64,000 nt of DNA. Origin: a virus. Below are positions 18,342-27,427 of the stretch, piece after piece. The position numbers and the translations under genes were made by a program. Under the pieces are notes generated by a model. That model saw nothing but the letters and a program-made list of their open reading frames with translations, did not search any database and was not told where the DNA came from. The stretch spans positions 6,776 through 70,775 of IMG/VR virus record IMGVR_UViG_3300009157_000003; one strand, given 5' to 3'. The first letter of the stretch is position 1. Each line of letters begins with the position of its first letter.

Positions 18342-18783
18342 TCCGATTCGGAGCTTCACCGGCGAATACCGGTTCCTGTCGAATTTCTACCCGTACCGGG
18401 TGATCTACGACGGCATGGAGTACCCCACCGTCGAGCATGCGTACCAAGCGGCGAAGTCCTTTGACATCCGGCATCGGCTTCACATTCAGGCCGCCCGGCG
18501 GGGGGCGATCGCCAAGGCGATGGGGCGGAAGGTGCTCCTCCGCGAAGACTGGGAGACCGTGAAGATTCCGATCATGCGCGAGCTATTAGTGTACAAGTTC
18601 GCGGACAAGAACCTGCGCGGGCCGCTCGTCCGCACCGCCCCGCGGGAACTCATTGAGGGCAACTGGTGGGGGGATCGGTTCTGGGGGGTCTCGAACGGGG
18701 AGGGAGAGAATCATCTGGGCAAGCTCCTGATGGAGATCCGGGGTGAGATCCTCGCCTCGGGGATTGTGAAGGCGATCTCATGA
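18325..18783 (+). CDS. NADAR (YbiA-like) protein
   Basis: FLSNFY, YPTVEHAYQAAK, DWE..K..IM, KF, LIEGNWWGDRFWG, GENHLGKLLMEIR. Confidence 0.95.
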   Translation: MAPPTSPIRSFTGEYRFLSNFYPYRVIYDGMEYPTVEHAYQAAKSFDIRHRLHIQAARRGAIAKAMGRKVLLREDWETVKIPIMRELLVYKFADKNLRGPLVRTAPRELIEGNWWGDRFWGVSNGEGENHLGKLLMEIRGEILASGIVKAIS

Positions 18784-19139
18784 CCGTCCGTGAGTACTTC
18801 CGCCAACTCCGCCGTGAGCAGTGGGAGCTTGATAAGGGGTTCTCCAGTCGGGTACACGACATCTTCCCGCCATCGAAGATGATGATCTCCTTCTGTGGGG
18901 ATCGCGATCCGTTTGAACCGGGGCTGTCGGCGGAGCCCTTTCTCGGGTTGGGGGCGGCGGTCCGCGTGCAGTTCCGGTGTCTCGCGTTCTACGCGCTCCA
19001 CCGGGACGTCCTCATTGGCCTCGTCCGAATCGCCGAGATCGTCGAGGTCGAACAGGAGCTTTCCCCCGACGCGGCGGTCGAAGCACTCCAGGCAGCATTC
19101 GCGGAACGGAGTCGGCGACTGAAGGGGGTCGTGGACTAG
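18780..19139 (+). CDS. Hypothetical protein inside the split polymerase locus
   Basis: ATGA coupling with NADAR; TAGTG coupling with the polymerase C-part. Confidence 0.6.
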   Translation: MTVREYFRQLRREQWELDKGFSSRVHDIFPPSKMMISFCGDRDPFEPGLSAEPFLGLGAAVRVQFRCLAFYALHRDVLIGLVRIAEIVEVEQELSPDAAVEALQAAFAERSRRLKGVVD

Positions 19140-20233
19140 TGGCCGCGGTCTGGGCGAGCGCGAAGATCCTCGAATTCGACTACGCGGGGATCGAACAAGT
19201 CCTGATGGGCTGGTTCTTCCAGTCCGCCCGGTACATCCGCATCGCCAAGCTCGGCACGCACGCGATCGTCGCCTCGACGGTGTTGCACCGGCAGACGCCG
19301 CGGATCTGGTCCCCGGCCGACCTCTCGCTCCCCGATAAAGAGATCGCCGCGTACCTGAAGACGATCAAGAAGACGGAGGATGAAGCGGTCGGCCTCGTGT
19401 ACGATCAGTGCAAGCGCACGGTGCACGGGACGGCGTACGGTCTGACGACACACGGCATGGTCCGGAATTTCCCGACGATCTTCCCCACGCTCAAAGTGGC
19501 GGAGGAGACGCAGCGGATCTACTTCGACGTCGCCCCGGAGGTCCCGGAGTTTCACACGTCGGTGCGCCATACCGCGCATCAGCAGAAGTACCTCGGCGGC
19601 GCGGCGACGTACCAGTACCTCCCCGCCGAGCGGAAGGTGATCGGTCATCCCTATGGGTACAAACTCTGGCTCTGGTCCGTTGTCGCGTACGAACGGCTCA
19701 ACCCCGGCCAACTCCTCTGGCGACAGAAGCGCAAGCTCCCCACGATCGAGATCAATGGGATCTGGTACGGGATCACCCTCGGGGAGGACGCCAAACGTGC
19801 TGCGGCGTTCTACCCCCAAGGGACCGCACGAGGCGTACTCACAGATGCCTGTTTCCCCCTCTTTGACCCGGAGGATCCTCTCGCCGAATCCTGTTATATC
19901 GGCGACTGCTATTTCGGCCGCACTCCGCTACGCGCGCCGATTCATGATTCCCTCTTAATCGAAGCGCCGACCCGGATGGTCGATCGGATCATCGAGCGCG
20001 TCTGCCGGGCGATGATGCGGCCGATCGACGCGATGCCGTGCCCGCCGGAGTGGGGGATGGGCGAGTACCTCACCGTCGGGGTGGACGGGAAGATCGGCGC
20101 CGACTGGGGCTCGATGGTCGGGCTCGACCTGCCCCGGTACGAGGACTTAGAGATTGCGAGCGACAGCCCGTACACCCCCGCGGAGGACGAAGACGAGGAT
20201 GACGTCCTGGATCTGGAAACGAGGATTGCATGA
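19139..20233 (+). CDS. polA: Family A DNA polymerase C-terminal catalytic part (palm/fingers)
   Basis: Motif A EFDYAGIE, motif B KRTVHGTAYG, PQGTA, motif C IHDSLLIE; GTG start overlaps the upstream TAG. Confidence 0.9.
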   Translation: MAAVWASAKILEFDYAGIEQVLMGWFFQSARYIRIAKLGTHAIVASTVLHRQTPRIWSPADLSLPDKEIAAYLKTIKKTEDEAVGLVYDQCKRTVHGTAYGLTTHGMVRNFPTIFPTLKVAEETQRIYFDVAPEVPEFHTSVRHTAHQQKYLGGAATYQYLPAERKVIGHPYGYKLWLWSVVAYERLNPGQLLWRQKRKLPTIEINGIWYGITLGEDAKRAAAFYPQGTARGVLTDACFPLFDPEDPLAESCYIGDCYFGRTPLRAPIHDSLLIEAPTRMVDRIIERVCRAMMRPIDAMPCPPEWGMGEYLTVGVDGKIGADWGSMVGLDLPRYEDLEIASDSPYTPAEDEDEDDVLDLETRIA

Positions 20234-20472
20234 TCCCTGAGCCCGGCTTCCGCTTCGTCGTCTGGGTACGGGATCTCCGGCAATGGTTCCCGCCGTCCGA
20301 TCACACCGCCACGCGCGTGACGTACTACGAGGTCACGCGCGTCACCCCGAAACGGGTGTACTTCCGGTCGTCGATCGACGGTCCCGGCTGGCGGCGCTAC
20401 ATGCCGCGGGATCGGTGGGACGACCTCGTCGCCCGTCGGCATCTGCTCGACATCGGGACGAGCATCCCGTGA
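20230..20472 (+). CDS. Hypothetical protein
   Basis: GAGGA SD, ATGA coupling. Confidence 0.6.
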   Translation: MIPEPGFRFVVWVRDLRQWFPPSDHTATRVTYYEVTRVTPKRVYFRSSIDGPGWRRYMPRDRWDDLVARRHLLDIGTSIP

Positions 20473-20984
20473 GCGGCCGCCGCGCTGGAGAACGCTTCAC
20501 CTTCTTCAACACCGCGTTCACCGATGAAGAAGTGGACGTGATCCTGGGGATCATGCAGCAGTGCGGGTTCACCACACCCGGGCAGTTGATCCGCCACGGG
20601 TTGTACTTCTTCGCGACCCGGCACCTGGATCTGGATGTCCCGCTGGACCTGTTCGATCAGCGGCGACGGATCAAGAAGCTGGCTACCGACCGGGTGGTCG
20701 GGGCGGAGGTCCCCCTGCCCGACTCGGCGCCGGAGGTCCCGGGGGTCCCTGAAGGACCGCCGACGTCGTCCCACTCGGGAGCACCCCTAGCGCCTCCAGC
20801 GTCGCCGGAGCCCCCGGCCCACCAGAACGGATCGGCCCCTGGGGGGGCGGCCCCGGCGGCGGCGGCCCGATCGTCGGCGGCGGACCCCCCTGGCCGGTGT
20901 TCGGCCCCGGTCCCATCCCGCGGCCGCTCGACCCGGGGGTCGTCCCGGGCGCCTGCCGCACGCCCCCCTCGGGCGCCTGACTGA
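20469..20984 (+). CDS. Hypothetical protein (ribbon-helix-helix-like N-terminus)
   Basis: GTGA coupling; FTDEE...L...G.T...LIR.GL pattern; the C-terminus overlaps an antisense gene. Confidence 0.5.
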   Translation: MSGRRAGERFTFFNTAFTDEEVDVILGIMQQCGFTTPGQLIRHGLYFFATRHLDLDVPLDLFDQRRRIKKLATDRVVGAEVPLPDSAPEVPGVPEGPPTSSHSGAPLAPPASPEPPAHQNGSAPGGAAPAAAARSSAADPPGRCSAPVPSRGRSTRGSSRAPAARPPRAPD

Positions 20985-23493
20985 GGAAGCCTTCCCGGAC
21001 GAAGAACGCCAGGAGGTTCGACGCGGCGCGGGCGGCCGTCGGCGAGCCTGCCGGAGCCTTAAACCCGGTGGTGAGGTACTGCCGTCCGAGCGGCGTGAGC
21101 ATCGCGCGGACGACCATCGGCGGGGTGATCAGGATCGCCGCCGCGGCAGGCTTCACCCCGCCGGTGAGCGCGCCGAAGATGATCCCACCCTGGGTCAACT
21201 GGATCGCGGTCCGCCCGGCGCCGCCGAAGCGCTGCCGACTCTCGACCTGCTTGAGCACGCGCGCGAGTTGCCAGAAGGCATCGTCGGTGCCGCGGGGGAA
21301 CACTTCCGCGACCGTCTCCGGCGTCAGGCGCTGGAGGCGCGTCATCAGTTCCTTGCCGCTCACGAGATCCGTCGGGGATTTCCCCTTCAGGAGCTTCTGG
21401 CCGAACGCGCTTTGTACTTCCTTCCAATCCTCGACGCCGACGAGCTTCCGGAGCTTCGCGACCTCCTCGATCTTCCCGGCCTCGATCGCATCGGCGACCA
21501 TCCGGTGCGCGGGCGCGAGCCGGGCGCGGAGGTCTCCCGCTTCCTTCGAGAGTTCACTGGCGCGGCCGCTGAACGCCGCCTGCTCGTCGAGATTGGCGAC
21601 GAGATCCATCAGGTGCCCGCTCCCCGATCGCTCGTACACCGCATCGAGGGTCTCGGGCGTGAGCGTCTGGATCCGCTTCGCCAGTTCCTTGCCGGTGACC
21701 CAGTTGCCGGTGTTGTCGCGGAGGATCGAGTCGAGGTGCGCGGCCTGGACGAGCCGCCACGCCTCCTTGCCGACGGCCTTCTTCGCCAGTTGAATGTCGG
21801 CGACACGGCCGGGACGGACGAGCGCATCGACGACCAGCCGCGGTTCCTTGTCGGCGACCTCCGCGAGGAGCCCATCCTCGTAGGTCCGCACCATGGTCTT
21901 CCACGCGGCGTTCGCTTGATCGTACGCTTTGCGGAGCGGGGTCCCCTGCCCCCCGGCGGCCGCGGTCATCTCCTCGTCGATGGCGGCGAAGTACTGTCCG
22001 GCGTAGTACTTCAACTGACCATCCCCGCGGCGCTCCGCCTCGCGCTGGAGCTTGCCGAACTCGGAGCGGATCCGGTGCGCCTGGGAGAACGTCACCTGTC
22101 GCGCTTGGATCTGCTCGGGGGTGATCCCGGCGCGCTGGAACGCGAGCATCAGCGCCCCCTCGGGGGTGTTCTGCGTCATCGCGTCCGCGCCGATGAGCGC
22201 TTGCACGCCGGTCATGTCCCCGGACTCGACCTGCCGCCGGATCGCCCCTTCGAACACCGGATCCGATCCCTCGACGACCTCGGTGCCGGTGCGCTCGACC
22301 AGTCCCGGCAGTTGCCCGGTCTTCCCCTGCATCGCCCGCGCCATCTCCGGGACCCGGCGCTTCTGCGTCGCCGCGACCGAGAGGAGCGGTTCGAGCCCCA
22401 GGGTGATCCCCCCGGCGGCGCGATCAATCTCATCGTAGAGCGCGCTCGCGCTGGACCGGGCCGCATCGTGCGCCGCCTCCTGGAGAGACTGCCACGCGGC
22501 GCCCGCTTGCTCCGTCGGGATGGTCGGCCCCACCTGTGATTGGAGCCCCTGACGGTTGACAACCGCCGCATCGGCCGCCGCACGCGCGCTCCCCTGGTGC
22601 CGGGCCGCCTGCGCCTCGGCCAGGGTCGCCGGACCCGACAGCGCATTCCGGAGCGTGCCCCCCGCCTGCTCGTTGGTGACCCGCGGCCCGAACTGGTCGA
22701 GGATCTCATCCGCCCGCTCGCGCAGGAGATCGTTCTGCTGCTTGAGGAACTGGGAGTACCGGCCCCCGCCGAAGAAGGACCCTTCGAGGATGTTCTCGGC
22801 GACGGCGAGCCCGCGGCTTTCGGTGACCTGCGCCGGAGTGATATGGCCGCCTAGGAACTCGACCGCTTCGCGCCCGGCGTCGGTGACCTTGCGGGCAAAC
22901 GGCGCGAGGAGCCGACGGCCGCCGCGGATGATCCCCTGGCCGATCCCTTCGCCGACGGCCCCGGCGGTGAGCCCGCTCGCGATGCGCGTCTGGACCTCGT
23001 CCAACTCCGGCGGGGCGCCGACGAGCGATTCGAGCGCCATCGAGACGACTTCGCCCGCGCCCGAGCCGACGACCGAGCCCGCGACGCCGCCGCGGATCCC
23101 GCCGACGGTCGAGGCGGCCGCCGGGACGACGGTGCGGAGGAAGCGCTTGGCCCCCTCGGGCGACACCGTCGGGTTCATCGCCCCGACGATCTTCGAGAGG
23201 TCGAACCCGGGCGGCGCATCGAGGGTGTCGATCGTCGCGCCCACCTTCGCGGAGGGATCCGCGGGCGGGTTCATGAGATCCCGCGAGCGCGCGATCGCGA
23301 CGTCCTCGACGTTGGGCTCGCGCAGGCGGAGCGTCCCCAGGCCGGGCGGGGTACTGATCCGCGGCGGCGGTGGGCCGGGCGGCGGCGACTGCGGCGGGAC
23401 GGCGGTCTGGTTCTGGAGCGCGGCGATCTCCGCGGGCGTCGGATTCCGCACGTTCATCTGGACGCCGGACGACTGTTGCGGATCGAGGGCCAT
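20683..23493 (-). CDS. Large ejection/internal virion protein (P22 gp16 position)
   Basis: Ala/Gly-rich helical protein with GxxxG membrane-like segments; last gene of the late operon; synteny. Confidence 0.7.
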   Translation of the reverse strand: MALDPQQSSGVQMNVRNPTPAEIAALQNQTAVPPQSPPPGPPPPRISTPPGLGTLRLREPNVEDVAIARSRDLMNPPADPSAKVGATIDTLDAPPGFDLSKIVGAMNPTVSPEGAKRFLRTVVPAAASTVGGIRGGVAGSVVGSGAGEVVSMALESLVGAPPELDEVQTRIASGLTAGAVGEGIGQGIIRGGRRLLAPFARKVTDAGREAVEFLGGHITPAQVTESRGLAVAENILEGSFFGGGRYSQFLKQQNDLLRERADEILDQFGPRVTNEQAGGTLRNALSGPATLAEAQAARHQGSARAAADAAVVNRQGLQSQVGPTIPTEQAGAAWQSLQEAAHDAARSSASALYDEIDRAAGGITLGLEPLLSVAATQKRRVPEMARAMQGKTGQLPGLVERTGTEVVEGSDPVFEGAIRRQVESGDMTGVQALIGADAMTQNTPEGALMLAFQRAGITPEQIQARQVTFSQAHRIRSEFGKLQREAERRGDGQLKYYAGQYFAAIDEEMTAAAGGQGTPLRKAYDQANAAWKTMVRTYEDGLLAEVADKEPRLVVDALVRPGRVADIQLAKKAVGKEAWRLVQAAHLDSILRDNTGNWVTGKELAKRIQTLTPETLDAVYERSGSGHLMDLVANLDEQAAFSGRASELSKEAGDLRARLAPAHRMVADAIEAGKIEEVAKLRKLVGVEDWKEVQSAFGQKLLKGKSPTDLVSGKELMTRLQRLTPETVAEVFPRGTDDAFWQLARVLKQVESRQRFGGAGRTAIQLTQGGIIFGALTGGVKPAAAAILITPPMVVRAMLTPLGRQYLTTGFKAPAGSPTAARAASNLLAFFVREGFLSQAPEGGVRQAPGTTPGSSGRGMGPGPNTGQGGPPPTIGPPPPGPPPQGPIRSGGPGAPATLEALGVLPSGTTSAVLQGPPGPPAPSRAGGPPPRPPGR

Positions 23494-25437
23494 TTACTTG
23501 ATCTGCGTGATGCGGCCGCTGGCGTCCTTCGCCCACACCTGCGTGGTGCCGTCGGGCAGGGTGATCTCGGCGATGACGTACTGCTGGCCCGGCGAGACGC
23601 GCGCCGAGCCGAGCGCATCCATCACCTGTTGGTTGAGGAGCGTGGGCGGCGGGGCGAGGGCGGCGCCTTGCGCGGCGGCGCCGGTGCCACCCCCGGCCGA
23701 TCCCTGGAGTCCGGGCGGGCCGCCACCGAGCGGGACGCCGCGCTCCAACATCTGCTGGCGGGGCGTCTTGATGTCGCTCAGGACTTTATTGAGACCGTCG
23801 GTGATCTGCTGCACCTTCGCGAGCGCCGTCTCCTGCGTCTCGCCTTCCAGGAGCTTCGCGTCGAGATTGGTGAGGGCGACCTGCGCGCGTTCGATGTCCT
23901 GCTGGGTCAGGCGGCCCGACTCCGCCGCCAGGACCTTGGCGACGTTGCCGATCGCCAACTGAATCTTCGATCGCAGTGTCGCAAAATCGACGTCGGCGGT
24001 GGCCGCTTTGTACGCGAGCGCGCCCTTCGTCGTGAAGGGATCCCACCCGGCGGGGAACACGCGGCGGACGAGCGCGTCGATCTGCGCCATATCCCCCGCG
24101 AGTGATCGCGCGGCGGTGAGGCGCGTGCGCTGGTCGTCGGTGATCGGAATGATCCCATTCAACTCGGCCAGGGTCGTCGTCGGCGAGAGCCCCTGCTCGG
24201 CGCCCGCGGCGATCCCGATCGGCTTCCGCATCTCGGTGTTGATTGAGGCGTCGCCCGATCCCGTCCCGCGCCGGAACGCTTCCGCTTCGTTGAACTGCAA
24301 CTCGCGCGCGAGGATGTCCCGCTGCTGGGATTGATCGAGGAGCGCGTACCGCTTGCCGTAGATCGCGAGCGCGATCGCCTCACGATCGGTCCCCATCGAG
24401 GAGGACCCGGTGATGGTCCGCGGCTGGAACCCGATGAGCGGCTCGCCGGTGGTCGAGTCGAGGTACTTGCCGAGCGTCGGCGAACCGGGGCGGCGATCGA
24501 ACACGCCGAACGCCTGACGGCCGTCGGGTAGCTGTCCGGCGACACTCTGGACGGAGCCCGCGGCGGACGTCCCACGCGCGTTCCGTTCGTACTTCTCCTT
24601 GATGAGCGCGCGGGCGTCGATCGGCGTAAACCCGGCGGCGACCAAGCCCGCGACTTCGCCCTCGACCTCCGCGCTCGCCTTCGCCAGCGTGGTGCGGCGC
24701 GCCTTCTCATCCGGCGGCAGGAAGATCCGCCGCGCCATCGTCACCGGCGGCGTGCGATAGGTGTCCCTGCCGAGCTTGATCCCGCGGAACATGAGCGGCG
24801 GCGGCATCATCGGCGTGACGGCGGCGACGCGGAGATCGGTCTCGGCGCCGTTCGCGGCCCCGTTCGACGCGGGATTCTGCGTGGGGTTCTGCGCCATCGG
24901 GCGTTGGGTCATGCCGTTCATCGCCGACGGCCCCGCCGCGCGCGGAGGCGGCCCGGTCGGCGCGCCCGCGAGACTCGCATCGACGGGTGGGGGCGCGGCC
25001 CCACGCGCGCCATGCCCCATCGATCCCGGCTGACCCGGCGGCGGCGCCATCGCGGCAGACGCGCCGGTCGGGGCCTGCTGCGACGCCGGGGGCGCCGGAC
25101 CGCTCTCGACGCCCCCGAAGGAAGCCGCGGGCATCCCCGCGGTGACCTCGACCGGCTCCCGCACCATCTTCATGATGTTCGTGAGGGACGGGTTCTCGGC
25201 GGGCGGCGCGCCCATCAGATTCGAGAGGAAGTCCTTCTTCCGGCGCCCGTCGCCGGTCGCGAGGTGCATCAGGCCGGAGAACGCCGCTTGGCTGATCTCC
25301 GGGTCGTCGCTCGACGCCAGGGTATTGAGGATCTTCTCCTCGCGCGCGTCCTGTTCGACCTGACGGCGCGCGGCTTCCTCGCGGGAGGCGACCGCGCCCC
25401 GCTGGATCCCGCGCAGGAGCCCGGCGTAGAAGCTCAT
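23494..25437 (-). CDS. Ejection protein (P22 gp20 position)
   Basis: Starts MSFYAGLLRG, coupled by TAATG; helical and Pro-rich; synteny. Confidence 0.65.
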   Translation of the reverse strand: MSFYAGLLRGIQRGAVASREEAARRQVEQDAREEKILNTLASSDDPEISQAAFSGLMHLATGDGRRKKDFLSNLMGAPPAENPSLTNIMKMVREPVEVTAGMPAASFGGVESGPAPPASQQAPTGASAAMAPPPGQPGSMGHGARGAAPPPVDASLAGAPTGPPPRAAGPSAMNGMTQRPMAQNPTQNPASNGAANGAETDLRVAAVTPMMPPPLMFRGIKLGRDTYRTPPVTMARRIFLPPDEKARRTTLAKASAEVEGEVAGLVAAGFTPIDARALIKEKYERNARGTSAAGSVQSVAGQLPDGRQAFGVFDRRPGSPTLGKYLDSTTGEPLIGFQPRTITGSSSMGTDREAIALAIYGKRYALLDQSQQRDILARELQFNEAEAFRRGTGSGDASINTEMRKPIGIAAGAEQGLSPTTTLAELNGIIPITDDQRTRLTAARSLAGDMAQIDALVRRVFPAGWDPFTTKGALAYKAATADVDFATLRSKIQLAIGNVAKVLAAESGRLTQQDIERAQVALTNLDAKLLEGETQETALAKVQQITDGLNKVLSDIKTPRQQMLERGVPLGGGPPGLQGSAGGGTGAAAQGAALAPPPTLLNQQVMDALGSARVSPGQQYVIAEITLPDGTTQVWAKDASGRITQIK

Positions 25438-26180
25438 TAGAAGCGAATCCCGCCGAACGCGCTGCCCTGTCCGGACGCGAGCGCGGGCGTGGTGTACGAC
25501 CCGCCGCCGTACACGCCCGGGGTACTGGACGCGCCCCGATTCTGGTACGCCTTGATGAAGTCGGTGAGCATCATGCCTGCGTCTTCGCCGAACTGCGCGG
25601 ACCGGTTGGCGTTGGCCTCGCCCTGCTGGAATTGAAGCTGCTGCTGATTGAGCGATCGCCCCATCAGGGCATCGAGCGAGCCCATCGACGCGGCGAGGCC
25701 CTGCTGACCCGCGCCGCTCGCCGAGAGCCCCAACTGCGCGGCGGATCCGGCGGCGCCCGCGCGCATCATCGGCGCGAGATTGCCGAGCCGTCCGGCTTTG
25801 TCCCGGGCGAGGTTCGCGCTGGCGACGTCCCGCGAGGCGCCGCGCACGCCGGAGCGATCGAGATTGCTCTCGGCGCCGCGATAGATGTCGGTGATCTCGG
25901 AGCGCTCCGGCGCCGTCGTCGATCGCAGCGCCGCGCGATCGCCCGTGAGGAGCCGCGAGTAGAAGTCCCCCGACTGCTGGACGAGCGGCATCCCGGTTTG
26001 GAAGAGTTGCGCGCCTTGTTGCTGCTGTTGCTGCGCGCCCGCCGTTTGCGCGGTCCGGAGCGGTGCGTCGGCGGCCATCGCCTTCTTCTGGGCGTTGGAC
26101 TTTTTCTTCGCGGAGATCGCCCCGCCGACGGCGCTGATGCCACTGGCGATGAGCGGGATGAACGGAATGACCGCAGGCAT
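25437..26180 (-). CDS. Ejection/DNA-pilot protein (P22 gp7 position)
   Basis: Hydrophobic Gly/Ala N-terminus followed by KKKS and a Gln-rich helix. Confidence 0.7.
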   Translation of the reverse strand: MPAVIPFIPLIASGISAVGGAISAKKKSNAQKKAMAADAPLRTAQTAGAQQQQQQGAQLFQTGMPLVQQSGDFYSRLLTGDRAALRSTTAPERSEITDIYRGAESNLDRSGVRGASRDVASANLARDKAGRLGNLAPMMRAGAAGSAAQLGLSASGAGQQGLAASMGSLDALMGRSLNQQQLQFQQGEANANRSAQFGEDAGMMLTDFIKAYQNRGASSTPGVYGGGSYTTPALASGQGSAFGGIRF

Positions 26181-26654
26181 CTAGGTCTCCGCGAGGGGCG
26201 TCGCGGGCACGGGCACCCGCAGTTGAAACAGCGTGCCGGGGATCGCCTGAAACCCGGCCGTCTCCAGGAGCGTCGCGATCCCCGCCGACGGGGCGATCGT
26301 GAGCGCGGCGGGAATGTCCGCGCGCTGGAGCGTTTCGATCATGCCACTGAGGAGCTTGGCGGCGACGATGCCGGTACGGCCGCGATGCGCCGGGCTGACC
26401 CACACGCCTTCCAGGTGCACGGTGTTCAGCGCCATCCACGACGCGATGATCACGCCGTCCTGCTCGACGACGACGAGCATCGTGAACTGGGGATTGAGGA
26501 CTTCCCCGGCGGCGCTACGGTACGCCCCGTCTAGCCCGACGTAGTGCGCGAGTTCGCCCTTCGCGATCTTGGCGTCCCACTCTTCCGGCGCGATCACCCG
26601 GACGGTGTACGTCCCGGGCGCCGTTGGGGGCGGGGCCAGCGCGTCAGTTGACAT
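26181..26654 (-). CDS. GNAT-fold virion assembly protein (P22 gp14/T7 gp13 position)
   Basis: VVEQDGVIIA, HLEGVWVSPAHRGR motif A. Confidence 0.7.
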   Translation of the reverse strand: MSTDALAPPPTAPGTYTVRVIAPEEWDAKIAKGELAHYVGLDGAYRSAAGEVLNPQFTMLVVVEQDGVIIASWMALNTVHLEGVWVSPAHRGRTGIVAAKLLSGMIETLQRADIPAALTIAPSAGIATLLETAGFQAIPGTLFQLRVPVPATPLAET

Positions 26655-26691
26655 CTCGGGCCGAAAGTGTAACACCCGCCGACCGCAGCAG

Positions 26692-27393
26692 CTAGTCGGG
26701 GATGCCGCCGTCCACCTGATAGTTGGCGGGGAACACCTGGAGCATCTGCGTCCCCATCGTCTGAAGGAACGCGCCTTTGGACGTGAACACGTCGTACGCG
26801 CGGAAGAGCGTCTCGCCCGGGACTTGGAAGGTGAGCTTGTCGTTCGAGATCGCGCCCGAGGGGTTCTTCTGGCGCCCGGCGGTGAACCCGGCCTGTTGGA
26901 GATGCCAGATCATCCGGCGCAGGAGTTCGGCGGCGTTGGCGTCGCGCGTGGGGAGATCCACCGTCGGGGCGCGGAGCGCGGAGAACTCCTGCCCGGTACC
27001 GCAGACGATCATCCCCGCGGTGACGGGGGTGAGCGACGATCCGGCCGGGACGTGCCCGTTCGCCCCGGCGTTCGCACAGCCGTTCGCGCCCTGCCCGTCG
27101 TCGGTGCCGCCGCCCCCCTCGCCGTCCGGGCCGCCGCCGCCGACCGGCGTGCCGCTATCCCCCTCGGCCGTGTCCTTGCCCCCGGCGGCGAGCGCCTGCT
27201 GGATGTTCTCGTTGGCGTTCGTGAGGTCCGACGAGAGTTGGGTGATCGTCGTCGCCTGATCGCGGATGATCGTGTTGGCCGCGTCGAGCCCCTCTTCCAG
27301 GTTGACGACGCGATCCCAGAGTTTGATGAGGGACTGCTGCGCGGCGCGGTCGGTGACTTGGTTGACGTCGGGGTGGGTGCGGCGCGAGGCCAT
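26692..27393 (-). CDS. Tail needle-like protein (N-terminal coiled coil plus C-terminal globular domain)
   Basis: Heptad coiled coil, Gly-rich linker; P22 gp26 position. Confidence 0.55.
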   Translation of the reverse strand: MASRRTHPDVNQVTDRAAQQSLIKLWDRVVNLEEGLDAANTIIRDQATTITQLSSDLTNANENIQQALAAGGKDTAEGDSGTPVGGGGPDGEGGGGTDDGQGANGCANAGANGHVPAGSSLTPVTAGMIVCGTGQEFSALRAPTVDLPTRDANAAELLRRMIWHLQQAGFTAGRQKNPSGAISNDKLTFQVPGETLFRAYDVFTSKGAFLQTMGTQMLQVFPANYQVDGGIPD

Positions 27394-27427
27394 CGATATA
27401 GCTCAATATATATTCAGCTACATTGGC

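Noticed and set aside
18250-19200. Split intein or group I intron in the polymerase
   Set aside because: CVVARG is the normal PolA R..FVA.G segment; there is no HN-C/S/T splice end; the gap is fully occupied by coupled ORFs with no homing nuclease or room for a ribozyme
25438-26439. N-terminal 334 aa of ORF 23494-26439 (and the similar extensions of 34633-37410, 49559-50692, 18977-19138)
   Set aside because: Out-of-frame overlaps with upstream genes; the real starts are downstream at coupled or SD-supported codons
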